A stretch of DNA of 64,000 nucleotides, taken from assembly GCA_046582655.1 (NCBI GenBank), contig JAYGDX010000073.1, positions 1-64,000 on the forward strand, written 5' to 3'. Origin of the DNA: Candidatus Poribacteria bacterium. Lineage in GTDB: Bacteria > Poribacteria > WGA-4E > UBA9662. Position numbers and translations under genes: made by a program. The notes under the pieces were generated by a model that saw only the letters and a program-made list of their open reading frames with translations, had not been told where the DNA came from and did no database searches. Below, piece after piece: positions 59,261 through 64,000 of the stretch. Every line of letters begins with the position of its first letter. Within the stretch, counting starts at the first letter, position 1.

Positions 59261-60943
59261 TTATCCCTGCTTCCATTCTTGAAATTCATCTCTTGTAAAA
59301 GTATTGATCACATTCTTTTTTTCCAACCAACCGCGTCGTGCCACATTAATGCCCAACCACATGCGATCAAGATCTTTTGCCGCGTGAGCATCGGTATTAA
59401 TGGAGATCATAGCTCCCTTTTCCCTAGCATTTTTAACGATATCCGGTTCAAGATCAAGGCGACTTGGTGAGGCGTTGATTTCTAATGCTACTCCATTGTC
59501 AACTGCGGCATCAATAACCGCTGATGAGTTGATTGCATATCCCGGCCTTCGCATCAAAAGACGTCCAGTTGGATGACCAAGAACATCCACAAATGGATTC
59601 TCTATCGCTCGGACCAACCGTTTGGTCATGTCTGCCTCATTCATTTCAAAATTGCTGTGCACACTTGCCACAACAACGTCGAGTTTGGACAAAACCTGAT
59701 CACTGAAATCGAGCCGACCATCTTTTAAGATATCAACCTCCAAACCTGCCAGAATCTCCAATCCGTCAATGCGTTCGTTTAAATCACGGATCTGTTCGAT
59801 CTGGGCAAACAACCGAGTTGAATCAAGACCATTAGCTATTCTGGATGACTGTGAGTGATCGGTAATAGCAATAAAATTATATCCAATTTCAAGGGCAATC
59901 TTAGCCATTTCCCCGACCGTGTTGAGGCCATCACTCCAACTTGTATGCATGTGAAGATCGGACCGAACGTCGCTCAATTCAATAAGTTCAGGAATTTCAT
60001 CTGTGAGTGCAAGATCAGTAATTTCCTTTGATTTTCGCAACTCAGGGACAATATACGGTAAATCAAGTTGGGCGTAAATTTCAGTTTCTGTCTTACCGTA
60101 CATCCACTCTTCCTTGGAGAGCCCCCTGTCACTGGCAAGATCGTGAATACTTTGAAGATGCTCAGGCGCAGCGGTTGTTGAGAATAATAATTGGCCATAT
60201 GTATCTGGAGTTGCGTTATGGATCTCCACAGGGAATCCATCGGGAATCTCCATCAGCACACACGAATCTTTGATTTCAAGTGCCTCAATTTGATCCAAGG
60301 GAGATAAAACTGGCAGCAGAACCGACAGATCGTCACACATAATTACTAACTCGAGACTTTGGAGGACCTCCTCATACCGACGAAGATCACCAGTGAAATC
60401 GATTTGTTTTACTAGACCACACTCCTTCAAGGCCTCAACAATCTCGTCTGCGATTGGAAGTACTTGACCTAGGAGACGCTTGCCTTCAAACGACTCAATA
60501 TGCTGAAGACTGTGATTAATCGTTTGAATCGTCTTTTGCCCGAAACCACTGACATTCTTCAGTAACCCCTCATTAACTGCACGACGTAAGTCAACAAGGG
60601 TTTTTATGCCAGCATCATGGTACAAACGTGCTGCGCTCTTTACTCCAATACCACGTACCTGAAGTAGACTAAGCGCATCCTCACCAATCTCACGCTTCAG
60701 TCCTTCATAAAATTCACAGGTGCCAGTTTCCAAGATTTCAACTGTTTTTGACTCGATTGCCTGACCAATGCCGGGAATTGTCCTCAAATTACCTTCAACA
60801 GCCAATTGTGCTATGGATTGAGGAAGTTCTTCAATCAGAGTTGCTGCGCGCTCGTAGCTTCGTTGGCGGTAAGAGCTTTCACCTTTAATCTGTAAAAGAT
60901 TACTGATATTCTTAAAAACCTGACTAATTTCTTCGTTCGTCAC
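59261..60943 (-). CDS. polX: PolX-PHP (family X DNA polymerase/3'-5' exonuclease) with an altered polymerase active site
   Basis: HhH motifs (IPGIGQ, VRGIGVK, VSGFGQK), PELR, and PHP motifs DLHMHT, TDHS, GHPTGR and NTDAH. The start (GTG 60943 versus 61030) is uncertain. Confidence 0.9.
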   Translation of the reverse strand: MTNEEISQVFKNISNLLQIKGESSYRQRSYERAATLIEELPQSIAQLAVEGNLRTIPGIGQAIESKTVEILETGTCEFYEGLKREIGEDALSLLQVRGIGVKSAARLYHDAGIKTLVDLRRAVNEGLLKNVSGFGQKTIQTINHSLQHIESFEGKRLLGQVLPIADEIVEALKECGLVKQIDFTGDLRRYEEVLQSLELVIMCDDLSVLLPVLSPLDQIEALEIKDSCVLMEIPDGFPVEIHNATPDTYGQLLFSTTAAPEHLQSIHDLASDRGLSKEEWMYGKTETEIYAQLDLPYIVPELRKSKEITDLALTDEIPELIELSDVRSDLHMHTSWSDGLNTVGEMAKIALEIGYNFIAITDHSQSSRIANGLDSTRLFAQIEQIRDLNERIDGLEILAGLEVDILKDGRLDFSDQVLSKLDVVVASVHSNFEMNEADMTKRLVRAIENPFVDVLGHPTGRLLMRRPGYAINSSAVIDAAVDNGVALEINASPSRLDLEPDIVKNAREKGAMISINTDAHAAKDLDRMWLGINVARRGWLEKKNVINTFTRDEFQEWKQG

Positions 60944-61136
60944 CGGATCACTTACCTCAAGGTTTGCCAATTTTCCTGTTTTTTCGATCACGTCGTTTAT
61001 CGTATACGCAAAATGAAATCCAATTCGCACTTCTGGGAGCCGAATTAAAATTTGATGTTAGGCTACTAACTGAAAATCGTGAAATTAGAACAGAAAAGAG
61101 TAAAATTCAAGTGAGTGTTCTCGGGAACATCTCACT

Positions 61137-61736
61137 TTACTGCCGTTTAGCAAGAGTGTAGACTTCAATTTCACGCAGGCTGGCATAGGATGGCTGTAAT
61201 ACTCGGAAGTAAGTAACTAGGCGGCCATAAAAATTCTTCCGGATCTTATTGACAATCTTATCATTCGGGTCTGGATCGGTTTTTGAAATAACTCGATCGT
61301 CTACTGTTCGTCGTACTTTAAGACGCAGCATATTGGTTTGAAAATTTAATCGATCAATCACATATTTCGGCTGAACTCGCCTGCCGTCAAGATTGCGGCG
61401 TTGTAGAACTGTATGCGCTTGTTTCCATTCCTGATTTTCGAGATCCCAATAATCAAGGTCGAAACGGAAAAGGTTGACGTTGTAGACAATAACTTTCCGT
61501 ACTTTATAAATCTGGGGAAATTTGAGCCCAAACACCCTGTGGTTTGCAGGATCAACAACCGCAATAGTCCCTAGTTTGCCATCGTTAACAGCGGGATCAG
61601 AGGCTTCTGTTTCGTTAGATGCTAATGCCAGATTTTCACTCCACTGCGTTGATAGCATGCTGGTTGACAAACAACCGAATAAGCTGATGCAAAATAGGAT
61701 CATGCAGATAGCAGATATACTTTGTGATACATTCAT
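61137..61736 (-). CDS. Hypothetical lipoprotein, possibly a discoidin/galactose-binding-like fold
   Basis: LFG-C lipobox; ENLAL…AVNDG…LREIEVY pattern. Confidence 0.6.
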   Translation of the reverse strand: MNVSQSISAICMILFCISLFGCLSTSMLSTQWSENLALASNETEASDPAVNDGKLGTIAVVDPANHRVFGLKFPQIYKVRKVIVYNVNLFRFDLDYWDLENQEWKQAHTVLQRRNLDGRRVQPKYVIDRLNFQTNMLRLKVRRTVDDRVISKTDPDPNDKIVNKIRKNFYGRLVTYFRVLQPSYASLREIEVYTLAKRQ

Positions 61737-61738
61737 AT

Positions 61739-62488
61739 TCAGACCTCTGTGTTGCGAACTGCTAAGTGAATTGGGGGCTTTTTATAAGCTGCGTCGACCA
61801 GTGACGGCTCCACCCACTGATTTTTGGGTTGGACATCCTCAATTCTACCATAGTCTCGTACGAATATCATTCCCAGGAAAAACCCGGCAATGTGTGCTAC
61901 CCAAGCGATGGGTGTTCCTTGCGGTGAGATGTAAGCATAAAAGATTTGGGTCCCAATCCATGGTAGAAGAACAACAGTTGTTCGTAGTGAGACAACGTAA
62001 ATTAGGAGAAGGCTTCGAACACGCGCTTGGGGGAAAATGACTAAATGGGCTCCCATCACGCCAGCGATAGCAGCACTCGCACCAATAACGGGAACATCCG
62101 ATTGATGATGAAAAACAGAGTAAATAAACGTTGCCAAGATACCACAAGCGAAATAAAAAAGGAGGAACCGGATTCGCCCAATATGATATTCAAGGATTGG
62201 TCCAAAGACAGCGAGATACAGCATATTGGTGATTAAATGTAGAAATCCCATCTTCCAACGAACGTCATGTAAAAAAAGTGAACATATAAAATCTCGACTA
62301 TGGCTGAAAAAAGATGGAAAGAGTTCAGATGGGATAACACTATATATTGGAATTAAATCAATGCCATCGATTATAAAGAGAATCTGATAAGTAAACACAA
62401 TGAGATTTAGGCTGATGAGGAAGTGGACCACTAAGGGGCGTTTAGAACTTTGGGCTGAAGGCAAAACACTTCGCAAAGGAATAAGCAT
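61739..62488 (-). CDS. Rhomboid family intramembrane serine protease
   Basis: LFLH…HLITNMLYL, IGASAAIAG and WVAHIAGF motifs. Confidence 0.9.
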   Translation of the reverse strand: MLIPLRSVLPSAQSSKRPLVVHFLISLNLIVFTYQILFIIDGIDLIPIYSVIPSELFPSFFSHSRDFICSLFLHDVRWKMGFLHLITNMLYLAVFGPILEYHIGRIRFLLFYFACGILATFIYSVFHHQSDVPVIGASAAIAGVMGAHLVIFPQARVRSLLLIYVVSLRTTVVLLPWIGTQIFYAYISPQGTPIAWVAHIAGFFLGMIFVRDYGRIEDVQPKNQWVEPSLVDAAYKKPPIHLAVRNTEV

Positions 62489-62500
62489 GGCTATCTTCCC

Positions 62501-62782
62501 CTAGACTTCAGGATAGGTAACATCAAATCGATCAACAACGCCCACAATCAATTCTCGAATTGGAGCTCTTTCAATGTCGAAAACCTCTTGTGCTACTCCT
62601 GGAGCAGAACCGACCAAGACAGTATCTCCTTCTCCAGCACCAACGTAGTCAACTGCAATTGTTGGGGTTCTCACCACCTTACCTTGTAAACTAATAGGCT
62701 GAACAAGCAGTAGAGTTCGTGCGTCGTAAGCCGAATGTTTAACGACTGATACGACTTTCCCAATTACTTTCGCTAGGTACAT
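62501..62782 (-). CDS. EutN/CcmL family microcompartment vertex protein (BMC-P)
   Basis: MYLAKVIGKVVS..K…AVDYVGAGEGD.VL…IVGVVD. Confidence 0.92.
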   Translation of the reverse strand: MYLAKVIGKVVSVVKHSAYDARTLLLVQPISLQGKVVRTPTIAVDYVGAGEGDTVLVGSAPGVAQEVFDIERAPIRELIVGVVDRFDVTYPEV

Positions 62783-62784
62783 TG

Positions 62785-63069
62785 CTATTCATTTGTCTCC
62801 GGTGTCATGGTAATGGAGTCAACAAGCCCGACAATTGCTATATCAGTAGGGATTTCTCGATCCGCATGGGCAAAAGCAGCATCACCACCACTAACGACGT
62901 ATACTATATCATCGATACCAGCAATACCCTCAATGTCAACGGCAACAATGGGAGATCCAACTGGTTCATGATTTTGTAATATCCGCTGCACAACAAAAAG
63001 CCGTAGCCCCACTAGATTGGGATCTTTTACCGTTGTAACAACCGTGCCAATGATTTTACCTATATCCAT
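62785..63069 (-). CDS. EutN/CcmL family microcompartment vertex protein (BMC-P)
   Basis: MDIGKIIGTVVTT.KD…VAVD…PTDIAIVGLVD. Confidence 0.92.
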   Translation of the reverse strand: MDIGKIIGTVVTTVKDPNLVGLRLFVVQRILQNHEPVGSPIVAVDIEGIAGIDDIVYVVSGGDAAFAHADREIPTDIAIVGLVDSITMTPETNE

Positions 63070-63077
63070 AAATTCTT

Positions 63078-64000
63078 TTAGACCTCAATCCCATATTCCT
63101 CAATTTTAACATGTAACGTGTTTCTGTTAATACCGAGGATCTCCGCTGCTTTGCTACGATTTCCTCCTGCTTTTATCAACACGATTTCAAAAAGCGGCTT
63201 TTCCATCGTTTCTCGTATGTGTTGATAAAGGGATCTGTCATCCACTCCTGAATCTAAGTAACTCTCCACTTTGCTTTTGATTATTCGGCGTACGTGAATC
63301 TCCTGGTCTGATTCAACCGGCGTCGTAAATTTAAACTGCTCACCTAGTAGTTGAGGACAGTGTTCTGGTAATAGTGCAGTACCTGAACACATAACCAGTC
63401 CCTGTTTTATGATATTTTCCAGTTCGCGAACATTACCTGGCCAACTGTGGTTCATCAGTAGTTCGCAGGTTTGATCAGATATAGCTACCTTCAGCTGTTT
63501 ATACTCATTGGCAAATTGTGTAGTGAATAGATCTACAAGATCAGGAATATCTTCTTTCCGGTCACGAAGAGGTGGGATATGAATTGGTATGACATTCAAG
63601 CGATAATAGAGATCTTCACGAAAAGCATTCTCTTTTACATCCTGTTGGAGTTGACGGTTCGTAGCTGCAACCACGCGGACGTCTATTTTTCGAGACTGGT
63701 TTGCTCCGACCGGTTCCACTTCGCGTTCCTGCAAAACACGCAACAGTTTCATTTGTGTGTCAGCCGACAATTCACCAACTTCATCCAGAAAGATCGTGCC
63801 GCCGTTACTTTGTTCAAATTTACCTTGGCGGGATGAGTCTGCTCCAGTGAATGCGCCCTTAACATGACCGAACAATGCACTTTCGATTAGATTAGCTGGG
63901 ATTGCGCTACAGTCAAAAACCACGAATGCTTGATCTGCACGATTACTGTTTTGGTGAATTGCACGCGCTACTAATTCTTTACCTGTACCACTTTCACCCA
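63078..64000 (-). CDS. Sigma54-dependent enhancer-binding protein (NtrC family); 5' end lies outside the window
   Basis: [13 protein letters not shown] at the window edge, [30 protein letters not shown] and a Fis-type HTH. Confidence 0.93.
   Translation of the reverse strand, partial: GESGTGKELVARAIHQNSNRADQAFVVFDCSAIPANLIESALFGHVKGAFTGADSSRQGKFEQSNGGTIFLDEVGELSADTQMKLLRVLQEREVEPVGANQSRKIDVRVVAATNRQLQQDVKENAFREDLYYRLNVIPIHIPPLRDRKEDIPDLVDLFTTQFANEYKQLKVAISDQTCELLMNHSWPGNVRELENIIKQGLVMCSGTALLPEHCPQLLGEQFKFTTPVESDQEIHVRRIIKSKVESYLDSGVDDRSLYQHIRETMEKPLFEIVLIKAGGNRSKAAEILGINRNTLHVKIEEYGIEV

Noticed and set aside
1..64000. tRNA, rRNA, prophage, integrase or defence-system genes
   Set aside because: None recognised by eye. 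A tRNAscan/Rfam/DefenseFinder run would be needed to exclude them formally.

Overview
Bacterial chromosomal window with roughly 45 protein-coding genes. I found no rRNA, tRNA or CRISPR array. The gene content includes six PhyH-family Fe(II)/2-oxoglutarate oxygenases, tandem LamG jelly-roll proteins with a C-terminal 'V...KL..W..K' tail, three intact Gfo/Idh/MocA dehydrogenases plus a decayed one, and orphan BMC vertex genes. This resembles Candidatus Poribacteria, which is an inference, not a classification. The most striking locus is 13.8-19.5 kb. A near-consensus sigma70 promoter drives a 1152-aa lipidated, acidic-loop, beta-barrel-like protein with no recognisable TonB-receptor plug. It is followed by an ExbB/MotA fused to an N-terminal carboxypeptidase-regulatory-like domain and two different ExbD genes. 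No tonB lies nearby, and hairpins sit between the cistrons, so this is a candidate non-canonical PMF-energised outer-membrane machine. Other observations: three PhyH proteins with halogenase-like H-x-A/H-x-G iron motifs; a ~75-aa module inserted twice into a UPF0182 protein; a PolX lacking its catalytic aspartates; two amidohydrolases with degenerate metal sites; a PhyH gene that appears to start at CTG; a probable leaderless gene; a coding 24-bp VNTR; a decayed IS1-family element; and several gene remnants.
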